A DNA stretch of 64,000 nt. It comes from an uncultured Hormoscilla sp. GTDB lineage: Bacteria; Cyanobacteriota; Cyanobacteriia; Cyanobacteriales; Desertifilaceae. Every line of letters begins with the position of its first letter. Within the stretch, counting starts at the first letter, position 1. The stretch is from assembly GCA_963921275.4 (NCBI GenBank), contig OZ001293.3, positions 1,568,001 to 1,632,000 on the forward strand. Direction: 5' to 3'. The position numbers were made by a program, and so were the translations under genes. This document shows positions 1 to 9,999 of the stretch, in pieces. The notes under the pieces are model-generated. The model was not told the DNA's origin, did not search any database, and worked only from the letters and a program-made list of their open reading frames with translations.

Positions 1-93
1 ATGGTGGAAAACCGCATGCGCTCTCTGCGTCGCACCGGTGAATTAAGCGAATACGATAAACTTCAGGTTATTCATAAGCGCACGTTCCAATGA
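1..93 (+). CDS. pipX: PII-interacting protein X, C-terminal part (5' end outside window)
   Basis: Translates as MVENRMRSLRRTGELSEYDKLQVIHKRTFQ*. The stop overlaps the pipY start (ATGA), the conserved cyanobacterial arrangement. Confidence 0.85.
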   Translation: MVENRMRSLRRTGELSEYDKLQVIHKRTFQ

Positions 94-767
94 CAGGCAC
101 CGTCGCCCAACGCATCGCAAACATTCGCTCCCAACTCCCGACCTCAGTCCGGCTGATAGCCGTCACCAAGCAGGTGCCAGTTGAGACTATGCGGGCAGCT
201 TATGCCGCTGGCCTGCGTGATTTTGGCGAGAGTCGCATCCAAGAGGCGGCCACAAAACAGGCTCAGCTTCAGGACCTGCCAGATATCACCTGGCACCTGA
301 TCGGACATCTGCAAAGCAATAAAGCCCAAAAGACCTTAGAACAATTCCACTGGATCCATTCCATTGACAGCCTCAAACTCGCACAAAGGCTCGATCTGCT
401 GGCTGAGGGTCGATCTCGGAAGCCGCAAGTTTTGCTACAGGTAAAAATCCTCAGGGATCCCAATAAATCAGGTTGGACGATCCCAGAGCTGATGGCCGAC
501 TTGCAGCAACTGGAGCAATGTCGGAACCTGAAGATTCAGGGTCTGATGAGCATTCCCCCTTTGAGACTAGAAACTGCCGAAATCGAAAAATTTTTTGAGC
601 AAACTGCCCAATTAGCTGATAAAATAAGACAGCAAAACTGGTCCCATATCCAAATGCAGCATCTGTCTATGGGTATGTCGAATGATTACCAGTTGGCGGT
701 GAGGGCCGGTGCGACAATGATGCGCTTAGGACGAATTTTATTTGCCGATGGCAGTAATGAGACTTAG
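90..767 (+). CDS. pipY: YggS/PipY pyridoxal-phosphate homeostasis protein
   Basis: IAVTK, FGESRIQE, WHLIGHLQSNK and LSMGMSND motifs. Confidence 0.95.
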   Translation: MTGTVAQRIANIRSQLPTSVRLIAVTKQVPVETMRAAYAAGLRDFGESRIQEAATKQAQLQDLPDITWHLIGHLQSNKAQKTLEQFHWIHSIDSLKLAQRLDLLAEGRSRKPQVLLQVKILRDPNKSGWTIPELMADLQQLEQCRNLKIQGLMSIPPLRLETAEIEKFFEQTAQLADKIRQQNWSHIQMQHLSMGMSNDYQLAVRAGATMMRLGRILFADGSNET

Positions 768-903
768 TAGACGGCTTGCTGTAGTAGCACTTCTAAAAAG
801 AGGTGGTATAAGTAAAATAAACTTCCCGATCGCATCTTTTATGCTAGTGGGCGCTCTAGGGTAGAAGGGAAGTATGATGTAGATTTTGGAGGGTTTGTCA
901 ACC

Positions 904-1482
904 ATGAACAATCTGTTTTCTAAGTTACGAGATTTCGTAGGTATCAATGAACCAGCTTATGATTACGGGTATGAGGAAATGGATCCCGAAGATTACCAAA
1001 ACATTTACAGAGAAGAGCATCCCGAACCAGAGGAAGAACCACGTCCGAGACGTAGGTCGCGGGAACGCTTAGATGTAGCACAGGAAACAGGAGTCACGCA
1101 AAACATGAATAATGTAATCGGGATGCCAGGAGCGGTAAACGGCATGTCAGAAGTGATGGTAATGGAACCGCGTACTTTTGAGGAAATGCCTCAAGCGATT
1201 CAAGCGCTACGGGAGAGGAAGTCTGTTGTCCTGAATCTGACGATGATGGACCCAGATCAGGCGCAACGAGCTGTAGATTTTGTGGCTGGTGGCACCTATG
1301 CTATTGACGGTCACCAAGAACGGATAGGGGAAAGCATCTTTCTGTTCACTCCCAGTTGTGTCCAGGTGAGAACTCAGTCGGTGGGCGAGGGTCCCCAGTC
1401 GCAAATGCGCCCAGTGCGTCCAGCGGTGGCGGTGACTCCATCCTCGGCATGGACAGATGAACCGGCACGGATGGCTCAGTAG
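904..1482 (+). CDS. sepF: Cell division protein SepF
   Basis: [27 protein letters not shown] and [17 protein letters not shown]; synteny. Confidence 0.95.
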   Translation: MNNLFSKLRDFVGINEPAYDYGYEEMDPEDYQNIYREEHPEPEEEPRPRRRSRERLDVAQETGVTQNMNNVIGMPGAVNGMSEVMVMEPRTFEEMPQAIQALRERKSVVLNLTMMDPDQAQRAVDFVAGGTYAIDGHQERIGESIFLFTPSCVQVRTQSVGEGPQSQMRPVRPAVAVTPSSAWTDEPARMAQ

Positions 1483-1543
1483 GACAGGAGATCGGCCCGT
1501 CCTACGCGCCCGGACAACTGACAAGTATCAATTAGCAAAAAAA

Positions 1544-2341
1544 GTGTCTGTAAAACTTGGCATAATTGGTGGCGGGGTAATGGGAGAAGCTCTCTTATCC
1601 TGCTTAATTGCGCGGCAGATATATCTTGCTTCAGAGATTTTGGTGAGCGAACCGATGCCGCAAAGGCGCGATTTGTTGGCGCAGCAATATGAGGTGGAAT
1701 TGACGACGGATAATCATGCGGCGGCGGCGGCGACCGAGGTGTTGCTGTTGGCGATTAAACCCCAGGTGTTTGCAGTGGTGGCGGCAGATTTGGCAGGGGT
1801 AAAGGTGCCAGTAGTGGTGTCAATTTTGGCGGGCGTGCCTTTGAGTAAGTTGGAAGCGGGGTTTCCTGAACGACCGGTGGTGAGAGTGATGCCGAATACT
1901 CCTGCAACGGTGGGGGCGGGGATAAGTGCGATCGCCTCTGGTAAGCATGTATCCCCGGACCAGGTAGATCTGGTCAAGAGAATTTTGCAAGCTGTGGGTG
2001 AAGTGGTGGAGGTGCCAGAATACCTGATGGATGCGGTGACGGGTTTATCTGGCTCGGGCCCTGGCTATGTGGCAATTATGATCGAAGCTTTGGCAGATGG
2101 GGGCGTTTGTGCGGGGCTGCCGAGGGCGATCGCCTCCCAGTTGGCGATCCAAACGGTACTGGGAACGGCCCAGTTGCTGCAAGAAACGGGGATGCATCCA
2201 GCCCAATTAAAAGACCGGGTTACCAGTCCTGGGGGTACTACAATTGCAGCAATTGCGAAACTAGAACAAGGGGGTTTCCGTTCGGCGTTGATAGAAGCGG
2301 TGCGAGAGTCAAGTAGGCGATCGCAAGAATTAGGAAGTTAA
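1544..2341 (+). CDS. proC: Pyrroline-5-carboxylate reductase (GTG start inferred)
   Basis: GIIGGGVMG, VMPNTP, GLSGSGP and VTSPGGTT motifs. Confidence 0.95.
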   Translation: MSVKLGIIGGGVMGEALLSCLIARQIYLASEILVSEPMPQRRDLLAQQYEVELTTDNHAAAAATEVLLLAIKPQVFAVVAADLAGVKVPVVVSILAGVPLSKLEAGFPERPVVRVMPNTPATVGAGISAIASGKHVSPDQVDLVKRILQAVGEVVEVPEYLMDAVTGLSGSGPGYVAIMIEALADGGVCAGLPRAIASQLAIQTVLGTAQLLQETGMHPAQLKDRVTSPGGTTIAAIAKLEQGGFRSALIEAVRESSRRSQELGS

Positions 2342-2533
2342 GTCAACTTCTCATTTCCTCAAAGATATCTCGTTCCCTGACTCTGGCAGGGAACGTCCCT
2401 CTGGAGGCAGAGCCTCCCGTGCATCAACCGCAATGAAAACCCCAGACACCCGTCTGGCAGTTCCTCGTTGCGTCGCAGTGAAACTAGCAACGAGTTCCTG
2501 ATTTTCCTTAAGTTGACAGTCCTGGATGCACTC

Positions 2534-2803
2534 CTATCCATCATTGCTATCTCCCCAGTAAAACAATTCAAGTAAACCAACTGTACCGACAAAAAAAGTA
2601 TATGTTTCATAGGATATCTGGTTTTTGGGTTTGACAGAGAAAGCTGCGATCGCGGCTTCGAGTAAGTGCGAGATCAGAGCAAAGCGTTCGATCCAAAAAA
2701 TGATCTTCATAAATATGGGAATAGGCTTTGTAGGCTGCATAAATATGCCATAATTATAAGGCGATCGCGCTAGCGATGAGAACTGTAGAGATAATTTTGA
2801 CAA
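2534..2803 (-). CDS. Small hypothetical membrane protein, possibly 5'-truncated
   Basis: ORF with hydrophobic segments (ISHLLEAAIAAF, TFFVGTVGLLEL). Confidence 0.4.
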   Translation of the reverse strand: MSKLSLQFSSLARSPYNYGIFMQPTKPIPIFMKIIFWIERFALISHLLEAAIAAFSVKPKNQISYETYTFFVGTVGLLELFYWGDSNDG

Positions 2804-2847
2804 ACAAGATAATTTGTTCTTTGTGGTTCTGTTTGAATTTCATTTAA

Positions 2848-3470
2848 CTAAGATTGAATAACTCCCATAAGAATGTATAACAAGTTCTCCAAATCTGCTG
2901 GCGATCTGTAGAGATTAATATCCTGAACCACAGATTTTTTATCGCGCTGCAAGAGACCGAACTTCCATATATCTCCAGTGGTCACGGAGCAATAAAGTAT
3001 GGGAACATCCAAGGTTGTCCACCGATCCAGAGCAATTAACTCGACTGCAAGCTGTGTAAATCCTCTTGATAAATCTGCATTTTTTGCTGACAGGACTAGC
3101 AAGTTATTTTGTGAGATAACGCAGTAGTCTATAATTCCTTGCAAAAAGTTATTCACTAAGACGGGATAATGGATCTTCAATTTTGCCTGAGATCAACGAC
3201 AAAGTTCTAACAGGTTGGTGCAATCAAGACCTCTCGACGTGCCGTTTCACTGGTAAGATAGACGTAGAGGATATCTTGATCTAATCTCTTTTTCAGATCG
3301 GTGCAGTCCAAATGTCCGGCAAATTGGGGAAGCTGTAGATCGGCCTTTTCTAAACTAAAACCTAACTCAGCCAGAATATCCTCTGGGTCAAAGGTGAGTT
3401 CGGCGTATCTGCTAAAGCTGTAGCTTTCCTCTGGATTCAAAATCGGAGGTCTAGTCATAACATTACTCAT
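2848..3470 (-). pseudogene. Frameshifted restriction-endonuclease-like hypothetical protein
   Basis: Two consecutive ORFs (..LTSETARREVLIAP / ..AKNADLSRGFTQLAVELIAL..VTTGDIWKFG) together form one cyanobacterial family member. Confidence 0.65.
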
Positions 3471-3531
3471 TGTACATACGTTAAAACCAAAACCTCTTCT
3501 CTAAATCTACGGGTAAGCATCGCACTGGTAA

Positions 3532-4056
3532 TTAATCCCACCAATAGGCAACAATGACGGCATCCCGGTCTTCGCGTTCGCGATCGCCATATATTCCCCC
3601 TTGCAACCGAGTTTGAAGTCGGCGCTGGAGGCGCCAACCGTAGTTTTCATTCGTGCCATCTGCCACCTCCACCGAATCAGCTTGCCACTTTTTGCCCAAG
3701 TCCATCAGCTGAGCTACTATTGTATCTTGGTTTTCTGTGAGAATGTATAGGGTATCGGCAGGATAGGCAACGAAATGCATAATGCTGGTTTCCGGCATCG
3801 GACGATAGTTTGCCATTGCTAGCAGGGTATCAAGCAGGCCATTAAAGCTCAGTGCATTGGGGTCTGGTGCAAAAATCGGTTTTGTAAACATAAAGCTTGC
3901 CCATAATTCTGGGTGGTGGGAGAGGTCGGTAATGACTTCTTCTCCGTTAAACTGATTAAACCGACGCTGCCAAACCAGTGCGGCAAAGAGTTCTTGCGCC
4001 GAATAGGATTGAGCGATCGATTTAATTTTGGCTAAGTCCAGCATTGCGGTAGTCAT
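3532..4056 (-). CDS. Hypothetical protein
   Basis: 174-aa ORF ending in AYWWD. Confidence 0.65.
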   Translation of the reverse strand: MTTAMLDLAKIKSIAQSYSAQELFAALVWQRRFNQFNGEEVITDLSHHPELWASFMFTKPIFAPDPNALSFNGLLDTLLAMANYRPMPETSIMHFVAYPADTLYILTENQDTIVAQLMDLGKKWQADSVEVADGTNENYGWRLQRRLQTRLQGGIYGDREREDRDAVIVAYWWD

Positions 4057-4376
4057 GTGATTGATGCTCTGATTCTACAATAGCGCTAGGTTCGTAGTAA
4101 GGACTAAAGTCCTTCCGGTTTGTAGTTTCGTAGTATTTACGGATTGATATTAAGTGATCTAGTTCACAAATAAAATCTGGCGTTGCACAATCACGGGATG
4201 ATGGTTGCAGCACTTTTAAACTTAGAGTACAAGCTATTTTCTGTCATGTGCAAAAAAGGGAATCATCCCCAAAATGTGCAACGCCTAAAATCTAATTGCT
4301 ATATTATAGTAGATCAAAACTACAATCAACTATACCAGTCCCAACCGAAATCGCCCTTAGTGGGCGCGTTCGGGAA

Positions 4377-4712
4377 AGCTTGACCAAAAATTATGGTGTT
4401 TCCTTGTTAATCACGCACCAGACTTTTCAGCGCTTGCAGGACTCTAACCGGTATGCAATCCGCCTGCTCGATCGGGCAAAAGTGAAGGGCAAATCAAAAG
4501 AAGTGACTGTCTATGAAGTGTTTAATGCGGATCCGCCTCCAGTGCGAGAGGGGAAGTTAGTGACGCGCACGGCTTTTGAAAGAGCGTGGTTGCTATATAA
4601 TATGGGGATATGTGGAGAGGCGGCACAACTGTTTGCAGATTGTTTGCGGCAAAACCCCTCCGATAAGGTGGCTAAAATATATCTGGAACGTTGTCAGCTT
4701 CCAGGTTCGTAG
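4377..4712 (+). pseudogene. C-terminal remnant of an adenylate/guanylate cyclase
   Basis: ESLTKNYGVSLLIT..VKGKSKEVTVYEVF..DKVAKIYLERC is the end of a class III cyclase; the N-terminal part is absent. Confidence 0.7.
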
Positions 4713-4828
4713 TAAGCACTTTAGTGCTTCTCTGTTCGTAGTAAGCACTAAAGTGCTTCCGGGATAGTAAAATTGCTTAAATTAAAGGCCCGGGCAAATC
4801 TAAGTAAGATTACATAAGATGCAGGCCC

Positions 4829-4894
4829 GGGCAATTCTAAGTACAATTGCGCAAGCTGGAGGGCAATTCTAAGTACAATTGCGCAAGCTGGAGG
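4829..4894 (+). repeat. Two tandem 32-bp repeats
   Basis: gggcaattctaagtacaattgcgcaagctgga x2. Confidence 0.8.
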
Positions 4895-4896
4895 CT

Positions 4897-5289
4897 TTAT
4901 GCCCTGCTAGGGATTGCTATGGGCTTGGATAGTTGGGAATCGTGCCGCTGTTTGACAGTATCGCGCAGCGAACCTGCCTTTTCTCCAGGTTGGTGCTCCT
5001 GCCGAAACCAGAATACTGGTTCGGCGTCGGAGGCGCGGGTAAACACTATGAGGCGTCCGCAGTGCGGGCACTCATAGATTTGAGGAAACTCTGGGTTCCT
5101 TAGATAAAGAATGCGATAGACTTTATCCTCAAATTCGGAATCAGATGTTGATTGTTTGCGTGCAGACGCTAGCTCTTCTATTAGTTTTTCCATGAGGGGT
5201 TCCCAGAGCAACTTGAACCCTTGGGGATTGGGAATTGGCGATAAACTAAAGCTTTCGCCACACAAACAAGATAGTCTCGGCACAATCAT
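4897..5289 (-). CDS. Zn-ribbon protein, candidate immunity protein
   Basis: CLCG...YECPHCGRL; lies directly downstream of the toxin-like ORF. Confidence 0.5.
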   Translation of the reverse strand: MIVPRLSCLCGESFSLSPIPNPQGFKLLWEPLMEKLIEELASARKQSTSDSEFEDKVYRILYLRNPEFPQIYECPHCGRLIVFTRASDAEPVFWFRQEHQPGEKAGSLRDTVKQRHDSQLSKPIAIPSRA

Positions 5290-5401
5290 CCCTCCTATTG
5301 TCAGTGATCGGCGATCGGTGGTCAGTTCCCAGTGCTTGAAATCAGTTTTAGATGTCCCACCGCGCCTGCGGCCTTGGTCTCAAAATTTTCGCTATGCTGT
5401 A

Positions 5402-5866
5402 CTAGCGAGAACGGTCAACAATTATTTTGCTTTCTTTAACAACAATTACTCGCTCCACCTCGTGACCGGGCGTAGCGATGACTGCTTCAGCCATCGTTAT
5501 AGCTCGCTCTAGGACTATAGTAGCATTTTCTCCGCGACCGAGTTCCACTACAACAATCTCGGCTTGTTCACTCTTATTAATAATATTGATAGCTATACTT
5601 CTGGTGTTTGAGGTTTCTGGTTGCATCAAGTCAGCCGATGTTTGGCTGCCGTCAGCAAGAATAAACCGATAATCGCCACTTCTCTTGTTTAGCACCTCGG
5701 CGGATCCTTCTACCCGTGCTACTCCTGGCAGTTCGCCAGAAAGGGCTTTGCGGCCTAAAAACTCGCCGATCCGGATTTCATCGTAGGTAGCCCTTGGATT
5801 ATTGTTGATATACGGTTGGCTGCCATCCGAGGTTTCACCAATAATCTGATTTGAGTTATTGACCAT
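5402..5866 (-). CDS. Stand-alone CdiA-CT-like PD-(D/E)xK nuclease/tRNase domain
   Basis: E..IG..L, SGDYRF and ADLMQPETSNTRSIAINIINKSEQAEIVVVEL pattern; AGAGGA directly precedes the ATG at 5866. Confidence 0.5.
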   Translation of the reverse strand: MVNNSNQIIGETSDGSQPYINNNPRATYDEIRIGEFLGRKALSGELPGVARVEGSAEVLNKRSGDYRFILADGSQTSADLMQPETSNTRSIAINIINKSEQAEIVVVELGRGENATIVLERAITMAEAVIATPGHEVERVIVVKESKIIVDRSR

Positions 5867-6294
5867 TCCTCTACCTATCTGTGGTAAGATTATTTGTTGC
5901 ACGTTTACAGTATATTATAACACAAGAGTCGTAAATTGCGCTGTCCTCTGGAGCGATCCACGGGCGCGATCGGATAAAGGCGATGCCCCCTATGCCCTCG
6001 CGCAAGGAATTATGTACGCTAGCGCCGATCCACGCTAGCGCTGCTACGCGAAACACGCTTTTCCTTCACGCACTGGCGATGTGACATCAAACCCCATTAG
6101 GTCGGGCATTTCCAGAAAATGAAATAGTTCTAGTATGGTCAGAAGATGGCAGGTGTTGTGCAGATGTTGTAGAATGAGATAGGGGGGCGATCGCCCACTA
6201 GCTCTGCTACAATATGAGAGAGAGAAAATTATCAAAATATAGTCCCAACAGATGACTGCATTATTCAAGATAAATAGATTGAAGTAAAAAAAAT

Positions 6295-6924
6295 ATGCCT
6301 TATAGTAAATTTACCCTCAGTCAAGCTGTAGAAGATTTTCAACTCACTCTCAGGGAAGGCGATCGCTTTTTGCCAGAGGTTTCGCCAGTCAATCCCACGG
6401 CCTTGCTGAAAGATACCCTGAAAGAAACAATTCCTTGGGCGATCGCGGTGAGTAGTGAAAAGGCGCGTTCTGAAGGCATTATCAATCCAGTATTGTTAGA
6501 AGTAACGTCAACTAAAATGAGAAATAAGTGTTTTTTCGGGTGAAGAGTTTACCGTGCAACCAGAGGTTGATTTGACTGGGGATGTCGATTTTCTGATTAG
6601 CCGCTCTCCAGAGCAGTTATTTATTAAGGCTCCGGCAGTAGTGTTGGTAGAAGCGAAAAAAGAAGACCTCAAACCAGCACTGGGGCAATGTTTAGCCGAG
6701 ATGGTAGCCGCTCAACGCTTTAATCAACAGAAGCAGCAGTCTATTTCAACAATTTACGGAACGGTGACCAGTGGTACGGTTTGACGATTTCTCAAGCCGC
6801 GTAGCGTTGCGAGGCACGAAGCAATCTAGAAGGACAAACTATTGCGATCGATCTAACAGATTATCCACTGCCGCCGGTCGAGCAAATTTTGGGCTTTCTG
6901 GTTTGGATGGTGCTCAATGGCTGA
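6295..6924 (+). pseudogene. Restriction-endonuclease-like protein with a frameshift, an in-frame TGA and a ~30-bp insertion
   Basis: [46 protein letters not shown]; insert at ~6798-6826. Confidence 0.75.
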
Positions 6925-7007
6925 TTTGCTAGAGAATTAAATGCGATCGGCCTCTATCTCGGTTACAATATGAGAAAGATAAAATTATCAAAAGTCAGTC
7001 TAAACAG

Positions 7008-7259
7008 ATGAATGCATTAGTGACTAAAAATAGAGTGTACGACGAAGTGATTGACTTCATTGCGGCGGGAACAACACCTCTTAGCGTGATAAACTTTCAA
7101 TTGTCCGATCCTGCCAAAGAGCGTTTAGAAGACCTCGTTTATCGAGCCAAGACCGCAGAACTGTCACCAGATGAAAAGAGCGAACTTGACAAGTTCCTGG
7201 TAATAGAGCATATAATGAGATTAGCCAAGGCTAAAGCCCACCAGTACATCTCTGTGTAG
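7008..7259 (+). CDS. Small hypothetical protein (antitoxin-like, no partner visible)
   Basis: YDEVIDFIAAGTTP..EHIMRLAKAKA. Confidence 0.6.
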   Translation: MNALVTKNRVYDEVIDFIAAGTTPLSVINFQLSDPAKERLEDLVYRAKTAELSPDEKSELDKFLVIEHIMRLAKAKAHQYISV

Positions 7260-7262
7260 TCG

Positions 7263-7435
7263 TTATACCATTTTGATTTAATGATGATACAGTTAGTCAC
7301 TTCGCTGTTATCCCGCCGGGGTATGCTTACCCCCGCGTTACCAGGCGGGAGCCAGGTAACGAGGCTGAAGTCGGTTAAAACCGACTAATAAATAATGTTG
7401 GAAGTAATTGTAGCATGGTTTTTCCAAAATTGTAT
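7263..7435. mobile_element. MITE-like element with imperfect TIRs
   Basis: Left end ATACCATTTTG; right end reverse complement ATACAATTTTG. 7363-7433 recurs inverted at ~54731-54801. Confidence 0.55.
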
Positions 7436-7987
7436 TACATTTCCACGATCGAACAAATCTATCAACGCCTTCAAATCTCCCCTGCTACTCTTGCCAAAGT
7501 CTGTAAACAGTGGCAAATTACTGAACTGGCTGTTTTTGGTTCCATCCTCAGAGATGACTTTAATCTCAATAGCGATATCGACCTTCTGGTTACTTTTCAC
7601 CCCGAAGCGAGAATTACCCTGTTTGGCCTCGAAGCTATTGAAATTGGATTCCAAAAAATCTTTCAACGCCCAGTCGATCTGGTCACTAAACGCGCTATTG
7701 AACGCAGTCATAACTGGATTCGTCGCCAAAATGCTAAAACTATTATGTCACAAGACCACGAAATTTTACTCGATCTCGATCGCGCTTGCCGCTTAATCTT
7801 AAATTTCACCGCAGGCACGACAAAAGACGACTTTGAAAATGATCTGAAAACCCAATCTTCGGTTCTTTATCAAATTATTATCATTGGTGAAGCCGTGAAT
7901 CGACTCTCGGAAGCATTTAAGAATGCTTATCCAGAAATACCCTACGCAGAAATACGAGGTATGCGAAACCGCATCACTCACGAATAG
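7415..7987 (+). pseudogene. Fused and truncated MNT (nucleotidyltransferase)-HEPN/DUF86 toxin-antitoxin pair
   Basis: FGSILRDDFNLNSDIDLLV (MNT) runs in frame into IIGEAVNRL..MRNRITHE* (HEPN RxxxxH), which stops prematurely. Confidence 0.75.
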
Positions 7988-8365
7988 ACAGTGACCCAAG
8001 GATCACAGGACTCGTGACGGGACCATGCAGCTTTGGGCCAGTGCTGATTGAGAAAGCGATCGCGACAGGTGCAATTTTCACTCACTTGCAGCCGCCTGAA
8101 ATAAGATATCGCCTTCTCACTTGCTATAGTAAATCATAGCTTCTGTCATGAAATATCCTCTTCAGACACAATCGATCGCCCGTTTCCGGCATTGCCGCTC
8201 AGAAATTGCTTGAAGCGATCGATTCTGGCAACGCAGTGGTAAACGATCAGATGCTTGCCCTAGCCAAACGTCTTGCTGCTCGTCGTCGCCAGAAAGCTCT
8301 GAAGAATGGCTAATTCCGGTAAATTTGATGGAGATGCACCCGATCGCAACCCTATATTCAGGGCA

Positions 8366-8788
8366 TCAATCATCCATGCTTCTGAACAAAATCACAAAGC
8401 CTTCCTGAGTAAAGTGTTTGTCATGAGTCAGCACTTCAGTAATCCCCAGTCGCCCCATAGTAGTCATAGAAATACAATCCGTCAGACTGTATCCCTTATC
8501 GAGGCGATTTTCATACAAGTTAAGACCAGACAGAAAAGATTCATGGGTCTGTTCAATCACCTGGACCTCTGGATCGTTTAGAAGACCTCTGACTAGCTGC
8601 ACTGCACGTCGCCGCATTTGAGGACCGTAGTTTGAGTAGAAGGCGAGAACTTCTACTAGCACTTCATCTGTTGTTACTATACGGGTCTGACCAAGCCTGC
8701 TGGTGACATCTATAATTCTCGGATACCACTCATTTCTTGGATTGATTGAAGATATCCAATAAAATGTGTCTGCAAACACCATCTTCAT
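8366..8788 (-). CDS. PIN-domain (VapC-type) toxin
   Basis: VFADTFYW..EVL..SLTDCISM..LTHDKHF. Confidence 0.9.
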   Translation of the reverse strand: MKMVFADTFYWISSINPRNEWYPRIIDVTSRLGQTRIVTTDEVLVEVLAFYSNYGPQMRRRAVQLVRGLLNDPEVQVIEQTHESFLSGLNLYENRLDKGYSLTDCISMTTMGRLGITEVLTHDKHFTQEGFVILFRSMDD

Positions 8789-9117
8789 TGTTTTCTTTTA
8801 GGGGTTCCGTAGATGTAATGGTCGTGTTGTTCTGCACCATCGGTGGGCAGTTGGCTAAGCTCCTCCTCTGTCATATCTTTGACAATGTCTTCAAACAGCT
8901 TCAGGATGGAGTGTGCTGATGAATTATTTGCTTTCTCCTCTAATGAATTATTTGCTTTCTCCTCTAGTTTTTTCAAGTCAAGTTTGACCGCTTCTTTTAA
9001 ATCATCAAAGACTCGATCGACTGAAGAGCCCTGAAATTTCCCTACCGCTAGCTCAGGAGAATAGGCACTATAGCCATCTTCAGTCTGTTCTAGCTGAATG
9101 CTAACTCTGTACGACAT
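8785..9117 (-). CDS. HicB-like antitoxin coupled to the PIN toxin
   Basis: LEQTEDGYSAYSPEL; C-terminal LPTDGAEQHDHYIYGTPK; ATGA overlap; short internal duplication (EEKANNS x2). Confidence 0.75.
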   Translation of the reverse strand: MSYRVSIQLEQTEDGYSAYSPELAVGKFQGSSVDRVFDDLKEAVKLDLKKLEEKANNSLEEKANNSSAHSILKLFEDIVKDMTEEELSQLPTDGAEQHDHYIYGTPKRKQ

Positions 9118-9253
9118 GATAATTCGGTTCCTTGCGAAACATCGATACTGACTATACCCGAATCGCGTATTGGGTAAGATATACTTGATTATAGCAGGTT
9201 AAGCCAGTAGTTGGGCTGTGCATCACCAGCCTCGTTACCACTTGGGAGAAAAA

Positions 9254-9676
9254 ATGCTGTACGAAACTGACATTATCGAATGGGTAGAACAACAAGTTAA
9301 CCTCATCCAAGCACAACGATATAGTGAAGTAGATTGGGTTAATATTATCGAGGAAATTGAAGATTTGAGTAAACGAGAACGCGACCGTTTTTTATCTTCT
9401 ATTCGCTTAATAATTCAACATCTGTTAAAATGGGAATATGAACCAGAAAAACGATCTAAGTCTTGGGAAATCACCATCAAAAGAGAACGCAATCACCTGA
9501 AACGCTATCTGAGAGATGCTCCCAGCTTAAAGCGATCCTGGGCAGATATATCAAAAGTATATGGTGATGCGAGAGCAGATGCTGCTAATGAAACCGGAAT
9601 TGACGATTGGGATTTTCCAGAAGATTGTCCTTACTCCCCCGAACAAATTCAATCGGATTGGTTTCCCCTAGAATAG
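9254..9676 (+). CDS. DUF29 family protein
   Basis: LYETDIIEW..IIEEIEDL..HLLKW..FPEDCPYS. Confidence 0.9.
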   Translation: MLYETDIIEWVEQQVNLIQAQRYSEVDWVNIIEEIEDLSKRERDRFLSSIRLIIQHLLKWEYEPEKRSKSWEITIKRERNHLKRYLRDAPSLKRSWADISKVYGDARADAANETGIDDWDFPEDCPYSPEQIQSDWFPLE

Positions 9677-9999
9677 CGAATAGGTTGGGTTAGCAACAGC
9701 GTAACCAAACCTACAGGTCTAGAAAAACCTTGTACAGAGGATGGAGAAGATAGGGAGAGTAGAAGCAATCGTGAAGAAATTATGAATTTTACACGGGAGG
9801 TGAATTAATTAGGTGTATGATGGGAATGGGAAAAGAAATAGAATGCAATTGCTCCTACCCTTTTTCTTAATATCGTAGAGTGCATCTCATATAATATCGT
9901 ATATCCTAAGCCCGAGAAAGTAACCTTTATCAGACTTAGAGGGTATTGCCAAGGAAATGCGGTACAATTATCAGTAGTCGATCGGAATAATGAGAACAA

